From an uncultured Clostridium sp. (GTDB lineage Bacteria; Bacillota; Clostridia; TANB77; CAG-508): a DNA stretch of 49,401 nt. The position numbers and the translations under genes are program-made. This document shows positions 28,501 to 37,225 of the stretch, in pieces. Below the pieces are notes generated by a model. It saw nothing but the letters and a program-made list of their open reading frames with translations, did no database searches and was not told the DNA's origin. Location of the stretch: contig CAMNND010000002.1 in NCBI GenBank assembly GCA_946545035.1, forward strand, positions 1 through 49,401. The letters run 5' to 3'. How positions within the stretch are numbered: the stretch's first letter is position 1; every line of letters begins with the position of its first letter.

Positions 28501-29450
28501 CCATCACTATCAACAACAATCTTGCTTGAATCTAAATTTACAGTAGATCCATCAGCTTTTGTTACAACAGCTGATAGCTTTGATTTTAATGTATTATCTA
28601 TATTTAAATTAACCCCGTTAGATTTTAATGCATATGGGCCCACTTGAGCTTTCTCTGTGTTTATTGTTGCTTTTGAAGTATCAAAACTTACACTATTTGC
28701 AACTGTACCATTAGATGTATAGTTTGAGTTATTTCCAGCTAAATGTTTCAATGCATAATATAAATATTTTGCAGCTTTTTGGTCGTTATCTGTTATATTA
28801 ATACCTGAAAAACCACCATTAACTAATGTGTCAGGATTTATTCCTGATGGGTTATTTGTGTAATTCCATAAAACTAATTGCTCAATAACTTCTATGAAAT
28901 TTTTATCCATAGCGTTTCCCTTTGAGTCTTTTTTACCACCAACAGTTTTATTTAGTGATTTAATATTCTCTGTAGTAATATTTCCATATTGTGTTACAAC
29001 TTTAGCAATATCTGGAGATGTAACAAGCTCTGCTAAATAGTCTAATCCAATACCGCTATTAGTACTATCAGCAATATACATGTTATCTACAAGCCAAACA
29101 GCAGATCCATAGTTCTTAAAATATTTACTAGATTCCCCGCTATTGTATCCATTATACTCGCTTGTATATACTCCATAGCTTAGATTATTTCCCTCTTGAA
29201 TACAAAACATATTTTTATATTTTGCCTTTTTATCTGCAGATTGATCAGGAGCAATTTCTGGGATTTGAATGTCTTTTGAACCAGCATTTATTCCCATTGA
29301 AGCAGCTCTAAATCCAACATTGATTTGTGAACCAGCGTTAGAAACTGGTATAGATATAATACTAGCAACAATAATAATAGTTGTTAATACTATAAAGATA
29401 TCCTTTACAATTGGATTCTTAAAAAATGTCATCATTTTCATTTTTAACAT
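25578..29450 (-). CDS. Large cell-wall-anchored adhesin: N-terminal Cys-Gln thioester-like domain, SpaA/CnaB-type domains, three DUF11-like repeats, and an SVKTG sorting signal
   Basis: Start MLKMKMMTFFKN at 29450, with an AAGGAAGGA RBS and a signal/TM segment. Thioester-like features: NMFCIQEG (Cys) and VIEQLVLWNYT (TQxA(I/V)W-like Gln). Two modules of the type F(T)L...TDENG...E(D)TAPxGY. Three repeats of FDLALRK(F/W)(I/V)T...Y(T/S)IRVxNEGE..G.A.E.TDY.P.GL.F. The C-terminus is SVKTG, a hydrophobic segment, then KRRII. Confidence 0.8.
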   Translation of the reverse strand: MLKMKMMTFFKNPIVKDIFIVLTTIIIVASIISIPVSNAGSQINVGFRAASMGINAGSKDIQIPEIAPDQSADKKAKYKNMFCIQEGNNLSYGVYTSEYNGYNSGESSKYFKNYGSAVWLVDNMYIADSTNSGIGLDYLAELVTSPDIAKVVTQYGNITTENIKSLNKTVGGKKDSKGNAMDKNFIEVIEQLVLWNYTNNPSGINPDTLVNGGFSGINITDNDQKAAKYLYYALKHLAGNNSNYTSNGTVANSVSFDTSKATINTEKAQVGPYALKSNGVNLNIDNTLKSKLSAVVTKADGSTVNLDSSKIVVDSDGTFYVDIKDCGQVTNVKVNVADIYTGCTVTFEVIVNGKNQNIINVRKTYNSKPFSDEKSITYSGKYTVKLIKTKIDGSTVITDNPAVFTVSGAVDKKGAETGKDGILVIADGKQITDATATEKYTIVEDTAPKGYTKYDGTINLDVAFKTTGTTYALDKEKVKMTANGKTGTVKLNVPNDNTIEIYVPNKEEEKKSPKFDLALRKFITKIDGKDVEVSRVPVIDQESKEVLDLTGTAVYHHTKKALDVKIGSQVEYTIRVYNEGEVDGVAKEITDYLPSGLTFVKIADESAKLYTTDTKEGSKEVVLKYTGSDVLPAGSVRDNKYQEVKLICKVNEGAAGYITNRAEITVYGYTDKEGTWHEAKAIGDSDRDSVEKTISKSLGLDTWYENAKTYTYDLDGKAKEVTDYYPGVQDDDDFETVVVESIKGQFKVIIKKVDLANKNQGLAGAYFTLKTGEKVGPTDENGYVELVKEQKITEENQKFSYTFEETTAPEGYDRYDKEITLNVATKTEDGEYVVDEKNTKLADSSDRVSLDVKSNVITIEIKDEKTKKNFDLALRKFITNVNGKEITSRIPKVTLTDDFKSGKVTTANYEHTKDPVDVVQDNIVTYTIRIYNEGEVDGYATKVMDDIPDGLEYLPENEINKANRWNMYVESDKATEGSITYNKKIYVPTTDAKNADLIVTDALKDQLIKAYDAKTMSTLDYKDVKVAFKVVEPNTSDRIIINYAQITEHKDTEGNTTVIDRDSTPNEWIEGEDDQDIEKIRLRYFDLALRKWVTEAIVTENGETQVTPTGHHAEDDPEAIVKVDLKKSKINNVTVKFRYSIRVTNEGEIAGYAKEVTDYIPAGLKFVSEDNQGWTTTSDPNVVKTELLADTLLQPGESAEVTIVLTWINDANNMGVKINTAEISKDYNEYGAKDIDSTPNNKVPGEDDIDDAPVMLSVKTGSAVIGYVTLAIAFLAIVGIGSYTIKRRII

Positions 29451-29565
29451 ATTCAACGATCCTTCCTTTCTCTGTATATGACTTGTTGCCATAAAACTGG
29501 TTTCTATTATATCATGGTTTTGCCTCAAATTCAAGGAAACAGCGTGCTTTTTTGTAAAAAAATAT

Positions 29566-29592
29566 AAAACCTACTAGATTATAGTAGGTTTT
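29566..29592 (-). terminator. Terminator downstream of smc
   Basis: An 11-bp perfect stem, aaaacctacta (29566-29576) with tagtaggtttt (29582-29592). Confidence 0.8.
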
Positions 29593-29610
29593 TAAATATT
29601 TATTCATTTT

Positions 29611-32600
29611 TTATTGAACAGCAACTTTACTTTCTGCAAGTTTCATTGAAAGTAACTTACTGATTCCATTTTCTTCCATCGTTACACCATATACTGTATC
29701 AGCTACTTCCATTGTACCTTTTCTATGTGTGATTACTAAAAATTGAGTATCTTCGCAGAATTTCTTTAAATACTCAGCATATCTATATACATTTACATCA
29801 TCAAGAGCCGCTTCAATTTCGTCTAGAATACAGAATGGAGCTGGATTTATTCTTAATATTGCAAATAATAACGCAATAGCTGTAAAAGCTTTTTCTCCAC
29901 CAGATAGGAGCATCATGTTTTGAAGTTTTTTTCCTGTAGGTTGCGCTTTTATATCAATCCCACATTCCAGTACATTTTCTTCATCCTCAAGTATAAGTTC
30001 AGCTTTACCACCACCAAATAATTCAATAAATACTTCATTAAAGTTCTTATTAATAAGTCTAAACTTCTCAATGAATTGCTTCTTCATTGTAGATGTAATA
30101 TCTTCTATCATTCTACGAAGTTTTGTTATTGTATTTTCAAGATCTAACCTTTGTTCACACATGAAGTCATATCTTTCCTTAGTTTTCTTATATTCTTCTA
30201 TAGAATCAACATTTATGCTTCCTAATTCCTTAATTTCATCTCTAATCTTATTGACTTCTTTTTGCGTATTTTGAACATTTTCAACTTTCTTATACTCAAC
30301 ACTAGTATTTGGAGTAAGTTCATATTCATCCCACAAATTATTAACTACAAATTCAATGTCTTGCTCAATCTTAGTCTTTTTAACTTCAATTTTAACAAGA
30401 TTTGCTTTTAATTCTTCCAATAAATTAAATTGATCTGTAATTTGAGTTTCAACATTCTCAGAAATCTTATTTTTCTCAGCTCTTTCATTTCTTAATGTTT
30501 CAATTTTTTCTGCACTGGTTGATACGCTTGCCTTTATTTCTTCAATTTGTTTAATATATTCCTCAATACTTATAGCAAGTTTCTTGTTGTCTTCTTCAAT
30601 TGTTTCTTTTTGTTTGTTTTTTACATCTATACCTTTCGTATAGTTTTCAATATCCTTATCAATACGTTCAATTATTTCATCAATTGAAGTACCGCTTTCA
30701 TCAAATGAAGATACTGATATCTTTAAATTTGTTATATCAAAATTCAAATCGTCAATGTATTTCTGGTTTTCACTATTATTATCAGCAAATTCTTTGATGA
30801 TTTTTGATAATTCTTCATTTTCTTTCTCAATTTCACTAACTTCTGTTGATAGATTCTCTTTTTGGCTTGCATATTCTTCTTTTTGACTATTAATTTTTTG
30901 TTCTTCTTCTCTCAACTTCTTTAGCGTATTTTCAAGTCTAAGAACAGTCTCCTCAATAGAAACCATTTTTTGCTTTTCTGTTGCATAACCAATATTAAAG
31001 TCAAGCATTTTTTTCTCAAGCTCTTGAGATTTATTTACAAACTCTGAAATCGAAGACGTATATTCGTCTTTTTCTTTTTGAATCTTTTCAATCTCACTAC
31101 TTAATTTTCTAATCTCTTTATCAAGGGCTTCAATCTCACGACCTCTTCCTAAAATATTGGCTGTTTTTTGAGCAACAGATCCACCAGTAATTGCACCAGA
31201 GCTATTAATAATATCTCCACCAACTGTAACAATTCTAAATGCATACTTATTTTCCTTAGCAACAGCAACTCCCGTGTCCATATTGTCAACAATAACTGTT
31301 CTTCCAAGTAAGTTAGATATGATATTGCCATATTTTTTATCAAAAGTAACAAGATCAGCTGCAACACCAATCAATCCTGCGAATTTTCCCTTAATTTTAT
31401 CTATTCTACTTGGTTTTACAGATGTAATTGGTAAGAATGAAGCTCTACCTAGATTATTATCCTTTAAGTGTTTTACAAGCTTCTTAGCAGTTTCTTCATC
31501 ATCCGTTACTATATTTTGAAGCATTCCTCCAAGCGCCATTTCGATTGCGGTTTCATATTTTTCATCAACTGATATAATATTAGCAATAGTACCATGAACA
31601 CCTTTATTTAGATTACTATCTTTTTCACAATCACTAAGAAGTGATTTTACAGCTTTTGCGTAACCTTCTTTTTCCTTCTCAGTTTCAATTAAAAATTTTT
31701 GCTTAGATTGCTTCATTCTAAGGTTATATGTGTTGTTATCTATCTTTTTATCAAATTCTTGTATCTTACTTTCAACTTCAGCCTTCTTATTTTTATTGTC
31801 TTCAATTGCTTCAGATAATTTATTTTTTTGAGCCTCAGTTTTAGTAAACTCACTTGAAATCTCTTGCTTTTTGCTTCTAGCTCTATCAAGCTCTGAGATT
31901 GTATCAGAAATTTCATCTTTCAATATATGTTGTCTTTTTTGTATATTTTCACAATTTGTATCAATAGTGCTTATTTCTATATTTTTTTCATATTTTAGAT
32001 CTGTATTAATTTCAATTTTTTGCTTTTTTCTCTCGATTTCAAGCTCTTTTTCAGATAAGTTCTGAGAAATTTTAGCAAGCTCAGCTTCCTTTTCTTTAAG
32101 CTCTTTCTCGAACTTTTCTTTGTTAGTAAATAAAGAATCTTTCTTTTGTATTTTATTATCTTTTTCTTCTTGTAAATCCTTTATCTTTTGCTCGTAATCA
32201 GCTATTTCTGATACAAGTCTTTCATTGTTTTCTTTATTATTTGAAATTTTTTCATTAGAAATACCAATTTCCGAATTAATCTTTTCAATTTTATTAGAGC
32301 TTTCAAATCCAATATTTTGACATTCTTCAATTTGCTCAGTTAGACTATCAATACAGTTTTTAAGCTCTATTTTCTTTGCCTGAATATCTGATAGTTTCTT
32401 TTCTTCACTATTCTTTTGCTCTTCAATTATCCCCATATCATCAACGATTTGAGATAGTTTTACCTTATATGATTCGATGTTATGTATAAATAGGCCAACC
32501 TCAATATCTTTAAGCTCTTCATGTAGCTCTAAATATCTCTTGGCTTTTTCAGATTGAATCCTTAGTGGATCTAATCCAGATTCAATTTCTGACAATATGT

Positions 32601-33177
32601 CATTAATTCTGAGTAAATTAAGTTTGGTTTGCTCTAATTTTTTTTCGGATTCAGTTTTTCTTGTTCTATATTTTACAATACCAGCTGCTTCTTCGAATAT
32701 ATGTCTTCTGTCCTCTGATTTATTACTTAAAATTTCATCAATTTTTCCTTGTCCAATTATTGAATATCCATCTTTACCAATACCTGTATCCATGAATAAC
32801 TCTAAAATATCTTTTAATCTACAAGGCACCTTGTTTATATAATATCCTGTTTCACCACTTCTATATAGTTTTCTAGTAACTGTTACTTCACCATATTCAA
32901 CCGGAAGCTCACCATCACTATTATCTATTACAATTGAAGCCTCTGCAAAACCAAGTGATTTTCTATTTTGCGTTCCAGCAAAAATAATATCCTCTGATTT
33001 TGAACCTCTAAGTGATTTCATGCTCTGTTCACCCAAAACCCATCGGATACTATCTGAAATATTACTTTTTCCAGATCCATTTGGACCAATTACTGCTGTT
33101 ATTCCAGGTTTAAATTCTAATGTAGTTTTATCTGCAAATGATTTAAAACCTTGTAGCTCAAGTCTCTTTAAGTACAT
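29611..33177 (-). CDS. smc: Chromosome partition protein Smc
   Basis: 1188 aa. MYLKRLELQGFKSFADKT...GPNGSGKSN Walker A, long coiled coils, and a central hinge (GVHGTIANIISV...GRASFLPI). The C-terminus has LSGGEKAFTAIALLFAI and FCILDEIEAALD. Confidence 0.97.
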   Translation of the reverse strand: MYLKRLELQGFKSFADKTTLEFKPGITAVIGPNGSGKSNISDSIRWVLGEQSMKSLRGSKSEDIIFAGTQNRKSLGFAEASIVIDNSDGELPVEYGEVTVTRKLYRSGETGYYINKVPCRLKDILELFMDTGIGKDGYSIIGQGKIDEILSNKSEDRRHIFEEAAGIVKYRTRKTESEKKLEQTKLNLLRINDILSEIESGLDPLRIQSEKAKRYLELHEELKDIEVGLFIHNIESYKVKLSQIVDDMGIIEEQKNSEEKKLSDIQAKKIELKNCIDSLTEQIEECQNIGFESSNKIEKINSEIGISNEKISNNKENNERLVSEIADYEQKIKDLQEEKDNKIQKKDSLFTNKEKFEKELKEKEAELAKISQNLSEKELEIERKKQKIEINTDLKYEKNIEISTIDTNCENIQKRQHILKDEISDTISELDRARSKKQEISSEFTKTEAQKNKLSEAIEDNKNKKAEVESKIQEFDKKIDNNTYNLRMKQSKQKFLIETEKEKEGYAKAVKSLLSDCEKDSNLNKGVHGTIANIISVDEKYETAIEMALGGMLQNIVTDDEETAKKLVKHLKDNNLGRASFLPITSVKPSRIDKIKGKFAGLIGVAADLVTFDKKYGNIISNLLGRTVIVDNMDTGVAVAKENKYAFRIVTVGGDIINSSGAITGGSVAQKTANILGRGREIEALDKEIRKLSSEIEKIQKEKDEYTSSISEFVNKSQELEKKMLDFNIGYATEKQKMVSIEETVLRLENTLKKLREEEQKINSQKEEYASQKENLSTEVSEIEKENEELSKIIKEFADNNSENQKYIDDLNFDITNLKISVSSFDESGTSIDEIIERIDKDIENYTKGIDVKNKQKETIEEDNKKLAISIEEYIKQIEEIKASVSTSAEKIETLRNERAEKNKISENVETQITDQFNLLEELKANLVKIEVKKTKIEQDIEFVVNNLWDEYELTPNTSVEYKKVENVQNTQKEVNKIRDEIKELGSINVDSIEEYKKTKERYDFMCEQRLDLENTITKLRRMIEDITSTMKKQFIEKFRLINKNFNEVFIELFGGGKAELILEDEENVLECGIDIKAQPTGKKLQNMMLLSGGEKAFTAIALLFAILRINPAPFCILDEIEAALDDVNVYRYAEYLKKFCEDTQFLVITHRKGTMEVADTVYGVTMEENGISKLLSMKLAESKVAVQ

Positions 33178-33274
33178 CTTTTAACCTTCCTTCTTATGCA
33201 TATATATAATTCATCTGTAATTTGTAATAATAATATATTAAACTTACCAATTTATCAAGTATGATAGAGAAAAA

Positions 33275-33303
33275 AAGAAAATATCAACAAGTGATATTTT
33301 CTT
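33275..33303 (-). terminator. Terminator downstream of the 33317..33805 gene
   Basis: A 12-bp stem, aagaaaatatca (33275-33286) with tgatattttctt (33292-33303). Confidence 0.75.
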
Positions 33304-33316
33304 ATAATTATTTTTA

Positions 33317-33805
33317 TTATCGATCTTCACTAAGCAAATCATCCACGTCAATAATTGGAATATCTATATCATTAATTTGATTACCTTTACGTCCTTCTTT
33401 CTCTGCCTGCTCTCTTGTCCATCCAGTCATAAGTCTTCTTCTTTCTTCTACTTCCGGAGCATCTGCATCAAGCATATATCTATACTCTATATCTCTAGCA
33501 ATTATTTTTGCTTTTTTAACCATTATTAAAATATCTTTCAGCTCTTCTTTTCTTTTTTCAGTTTTTTTAGCTTGATATTCTCTAATAGCTTTTTTAGCTA
33601 TTCTTATTATATTATCAACTTTTGCATTGACTTGCTTCATTCTATCTTTAGATAAACCATATCCTCTTCTTGCAACAGCAGCGATAGATTTCAATTCATC
33701 ATATTCAGAGCTAACCTGTCCTTTCATTGACATATCAACGTATACTGGATCAATATTAATTTTTTCACTACCACTTATTCTAAAATCTTTACCGTTATTT
33801 TTCAT
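33317..33805 (-). CDS. Hypothetical charged, helical protein (162 aa), co-transcribed with gdpP
   Basis: AGGAGG RBS, 18 nt after the gdpP stop. Rich in K/R/E with an acidic C-terminus (IDIPIIDVDDLLSEDR). No family recognised. Confidence 0.6.
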   Translation of the reverse strand: MKNNGKDFRISGSEKINIDPVYVDMSMKGQVSSEYDELKSIAAVARRGYGLSKDRMKQVNAKVDNIIRIAKKAIREYQAKKTEKRKEELKDILIMVKKAKIIARDIEYRYMLDADAPEVEERRRLMTGWTREQAEKEGRKGNQINDIDIPIIDVDDLLSEDR

Positions 33806-33823
33806 AATAACCTCCTACATCCT

Positions 33824-35848
33824 TTATATACTTTCAATAAAGTAGTCATTTATATTACTAATAAGATCAGATTTTACTTCATCAATTGTCTTCCCTTCTA
33901 CCTGTGCTCCTGCTTGAGTAATATGTCCTCCTCCGCCCATTTTTTCTAAGATAACTTGAACATTAATATCTCCAATTGAACGACCACTTATAAATACTCT
34001 ATTATCTTTTATACCAATAACAAATGAAGCACTTATATCGCTAATTGTTAATAATGTATCTGCAGCTTTTGCTCCAATAATATTTGCATTTTCATCATCT
34101 TTCTCATTTACAGCTAAAGCTATACTATCAAATACAATTTCTGCTTTAGAAACAATTTCAGAAACAGTAGTATATGTTTCAAAATCACTTTGAAACCATT
34201 TTTTTACCTTTATAATATCAACACCGCATCTCCTTAAATATGCAGCTGCTTCAAAAGTTCTAACGCCTGTTTTAAAAGTAAAGTTTTTGGTATCCATCAT
34301 GATACCGGCATATAAAGCTTCAACTTCAAGGTTTGTAAGTTTTATATCATTCTTAGAATATACAATAAGCTCTGTTACAAGCTCACTTGCAGAAGATGCA
34401 TATACTTCTTGGAATGATAATATAGGATTCTCAATATATTCAGTACTCATTCTATGGTGATCAATTACGACAACTCTATTTGTTAAATTTAATAATTCTG
34501 GTACTTCCACATAATTTTTTCTATTTGTGTCAACAACAACCACTAAACTTTCATTATCAGTCATTGAAATAGCCGCATCTTTTGAAACAAAACAATCTTT
34601 ATATGATTCGTCTTCCTTTATAACATCCATAAATTTTTCAAGACTCATACCATTTGTTTCATTAACTATATATGCTTCTTTTTCAAGAGTCTTTGCAATT
34701 CTATAAATACCAAGTGAAGCCCCCATAGAATCCATATCACCATTTGAATGCCCCATTATAAATATCTTATCTGAATCGAGCATAACTTCTTCCAAAGCTT
34801 GTGATACTGTTCGAGCTTTGACTTTTGTTATCTTTTCAAGCTCTTCGGTTCTTCCTCCAAAGAAAGTATACTTACCATTCTCTCTTACGACAGCTTGATC
34901 GCCACCACGACCAAGTGCAATATCAATACCATCTTTAGCATACTTAAGTTTTTGATAATTTCCATCACCTTCGTTAGTAATTGAGATACTTAACGTAGCT
35001 TGTACTTTTTCAGGCATATTAATACCCTTTATTGTATCTAATAATGTAAATTTTTCTTCCTCAAGTTTTTCTAAATCACGTTGCTCACAAACAAGTATAA
35101 ATGTATCCCTTTCAGATTTTACGATAACTCCTTTAAATTCATTAGCCCAATCGTAGATATTTTTTTCAATCTTAGCAAGTATTTGAGCTTGATCTTCATC
35201 TTCAATTCTTTGCATAGTTTCTTCATAGTTATCTATTTTAATAACACCTATACAAACTCTAGATTTTTCAATTTCTTCAGCTAATTTTTCTTTTTCTGTT
35301 TCATCTAAGAAATACAATGTTGCAATATATTCTTTCTCCTGTTTTTTATCGTTTGCCTTGATATTGTTCTTTGATCTTATATATTCACCAACAACCCTAT
35401 ATTTTTTCTTTTCTATCTCAAAATCTGTTACAAGTTTATTATTTTTGATTTTTTCATTATTCTCTATTTCAAGTTTTATTTCTTTTAATAAACTACTGAT
35501 AAACTTATTAATATCATAATTATTAAACTCTTGTACAAATTTGGTATTCTTCCATATTATATTGCCATTTGTCTCGGCAATTAATAATGGAAATGGTGAA
35601 TTAATTAATGACCTTTTTGACACTTTATCAACGTTGAAATTAAGCTCCCTAATATGCTCTGATAATTCTGCTTTTCTCTTATTATCCGTCCACATTGTAT
35701 ACACTACAATTGTAAAATATAAGAAAATAGACGGAATTATACACCATGGCTTAATAATACACAGTACGATAAATAAAATTGCTATTATAACTAAATAAAT
35801 TTTAGTCTTTGAAACAAGGTTATCAAAAAACTTATTATTATTTGCCAT
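33824..35848 (-). CDS. gdpP: Cyclic-di-AMP phosphodiesterase GdpP (two TM, PAS-like, degenerate GGDEF, DHH/DHHA1)
   Basis: Two N-terminal TM helices. DHH motifs: IMGHSNGDMDSMGA and VVIDHHR. DHHA1 motif GGGGHITQAGAQ. The ~670-aa size and domain order match YybT/GdpP. Confidence 0.9.
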   Translation of the reverse strand: MANNNKFFDNLVSKTKIYLVIIAILFIVLCIIKPWCIIPSIFLYFTIVVYTMWTDNKRKAELSEHIRELNFNVDKVSKRSLINSPFPLLIAETNGNIIWKNTKFVQEFNNYDINKFISSLLKEIKLEIENNEKIKNNKLVTDFEIEKKKYRVVGEYIRSKNNIKANDKKQEKEYIATLYFLDETEKEKLAEEIEKSRVCIGVIKIDNYEETMQRIEDEDQAQILAKIEKNIYDWANEFKGVIVKSERDTFILVCEQRDLEKLEEEKFTLLDTIKGINMPEKVQATLSISITNEGDGNYQKLKYAKDGIDIALGRGGDQAVVRENGKYTFFGGRTEELEKITKVKARTVSQALEEVMLDSDKIFIMGHSNGDMDSMGASLGIYRIAKTLEKEAYIVNETNGMSLEKFMDVIKEDESYKDCFVSKDAAISMTDNESLVVVVDTNRKNYVEVPELLNLTNRVVVIDHHRMSTEYIENPILSFQEVYASSASELVTELIVYSKNDIKLTNLEVEALYAGIMMDTKNFTFKTGVRTFEAAAYLRRCGVDIIKVKKWFQSDFETYTTVSEIVSKAEIVFDSIALAVNEKDDENANIIGAKAADTLLTISDISASFVIGIKDNRVFISGRSIGDINVQVILEKMGGGGHITQAGAQVEGKTIDEVKSDLISNINDYFIESI

Positions 35849-35884
35849 AACAAAACTCCTTTTTACAAATCTTTTTTAACAACT

Positions 35885-37069
35885 TTACTCTTCGTTGTCA
35901 AACTCCTCTTTTTTTTCAATCTCTCTAACTGTATTTTCGCTAGTAGCTAAATCTTTTTTCTTAGCATAATTTCTTTCAATAATATCATCCATTATTAACT
36001 TGATTAAAGCTGCAACTGGTACTGCTAGGAACATTCCCATTACGCCAAAATATGCGCCTCCAACAGTTACTGCAAATATAACCAATAGTGGACTAATCTT
36101 TACAGAATCGCCAACAATCTTTGGATTAATAATATTAGCGTCAATTTGTTGTAATGCAATAACAATTATAGCCATTTCAACAGCCTGTGCTAAACCTCCT
36201 GTAATCAATGTAATAATTACAGATATTATTACCGCAATTATTGCACCAAAGTATGGAATTAAATTGAATATTCCTATAAACATACCTAGTATAACTGCAT
36301 ATTTAACCCCCATAATTGACATTGCAATAGATGTCAATATACCTACTACAAAAGCATCAAATATCTGTCCAGCTAAGAAATTACAAAATATTTCACTTGA
36401 TTTATGGAAATATCTTCTAACTGATTGATATACCTCTGTACTAAATGATGATTCTGTGAATCTTTTGAAAAATCCAACAATTGCTCTACGCTCAAGTAAT
36501 AAATATACCGATACGATTAAAGCTACAAATACATCAAATATTCCCGATGCCACACTCAATAATCCTTGAGCATATACAGTTATTTTTTCTATACTGATTA
36601 AATCTTCAAACTTGACATTATTTAAACTACTGAATATATCTCTAAAACCTTGGCTTCTTAAGAAAGAATCTTCAGGTAAACTATCAATTCTCGATCTCAA
36701 ATCTATATAATAGCTTTGTACATTATTTGCCAAATCCCTGCAGCTCTCAATTAATGGTGGTATTAGGAATTTTATTGCTATTGTAAGTATTACTATTAAT
36801 GCAACATATACTATAAGTACACTTATCCCCTTCGCTCTCTTCTTTAAATATTTATTCTTGCTTAATATTCTCTCAAGATTTCTTGAGGGAACATATAATA
36901 CATATGCAATTATTAATCCAACAACAAAAGGTGCTAGCACTTTAAATAATCTTGCAAACCACATTGTCAATGCTGAAAAAGAATCTAGCACTTTATATAT
37001 AACTATTAATACTAATGCTAAAGAAAACCAATACAACCATTTCTTTACATTCTTCTTCTCTTTTCTCAT
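35885..37069 (-). CDS. AI-2E family transporter (UPF0118/PerM-like permease)
   Basis: Polytopic membrane protein of ~390 aa with the typical family pattern (NLIPYFGAIIAVI..., GDSVKISPLLVIFA..GG..FG..GMFLAVPV). Confidence 0.8.
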   Translation of the reverse strand: MRKEKKNVKKWLYWFSLALVLIVIYKVLDSFSALTMWFARLFKVLAPFVVGLIIAYVLYVPSRNLERILSKNKYLKKRAKGISVLIVYVALIVILTIAIKFLIPPLIESCRDLANNVQSYYIDLRSRIDSLPEDSFLRSQGFRDIFSSLNNVKFEDLISIEKITVYAQGLLSVASGIFDVFVALIVSVYLLLERRAIVGFFKRFTESSFSTEVYQSVRRYFHKSSEIFCNFLAGQIFDAFVVGILTSIAMSIMGVKYAVILGMFIGIFNLIPYFGAIIAVIISVIITLITGGLAQAVEMAIIVIALQQIDANIINPKIVGDSVKISPLLVIFAVTVGGAYFGVMGMFLAVPVAALIKLIMDDIIERNYAKKKDLATSENTVREIEKKEEFDNEE

Positions 37070-37125
37070 ATGTATCTTCCTTTCTTTCTCTTAATTAAAC
37101 CACATGTTAATTATACCACAAATTG

Positions 37126-37139
37126 CTGGAAATTTCCAG
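37126..37139. promoter_or_regulatory. Perfect 14-bp palindrome overlapping the -35 region of the AI-2E transporter promoter
   Basis: CTGGAAATTTCCAG at 37126-37139. An extended -10 (TGGTATAAT on the minus strand, TATAAT at 37115-37110) lies about 10 nt downstream. Confidence 0.35.
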
Positions 37140-37225
37140 TTTACTAAGCAAAAATGAGTAATTTAGAACAAATAACAATTATATACAAAAATAGACGGAT
37201 AAATTAACTTCATCCGCCTATTTTA

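Noticed and set aside
36000-36428. Antisense 142-aa ORF inside the AI-2E transporter gene. Similar shadow ORFs are at 9711..10241, 14095..14433, 39907..40281, 45296..45625, 47064..47456 and 47487..47867.
   Set aside because: All are fully embedded antisense to genes with clear family motifs. All lack RBSs and have the Ile/Ser/Leu/Phe-rich composition typical of reverse-strand reading of AT-rich genes.
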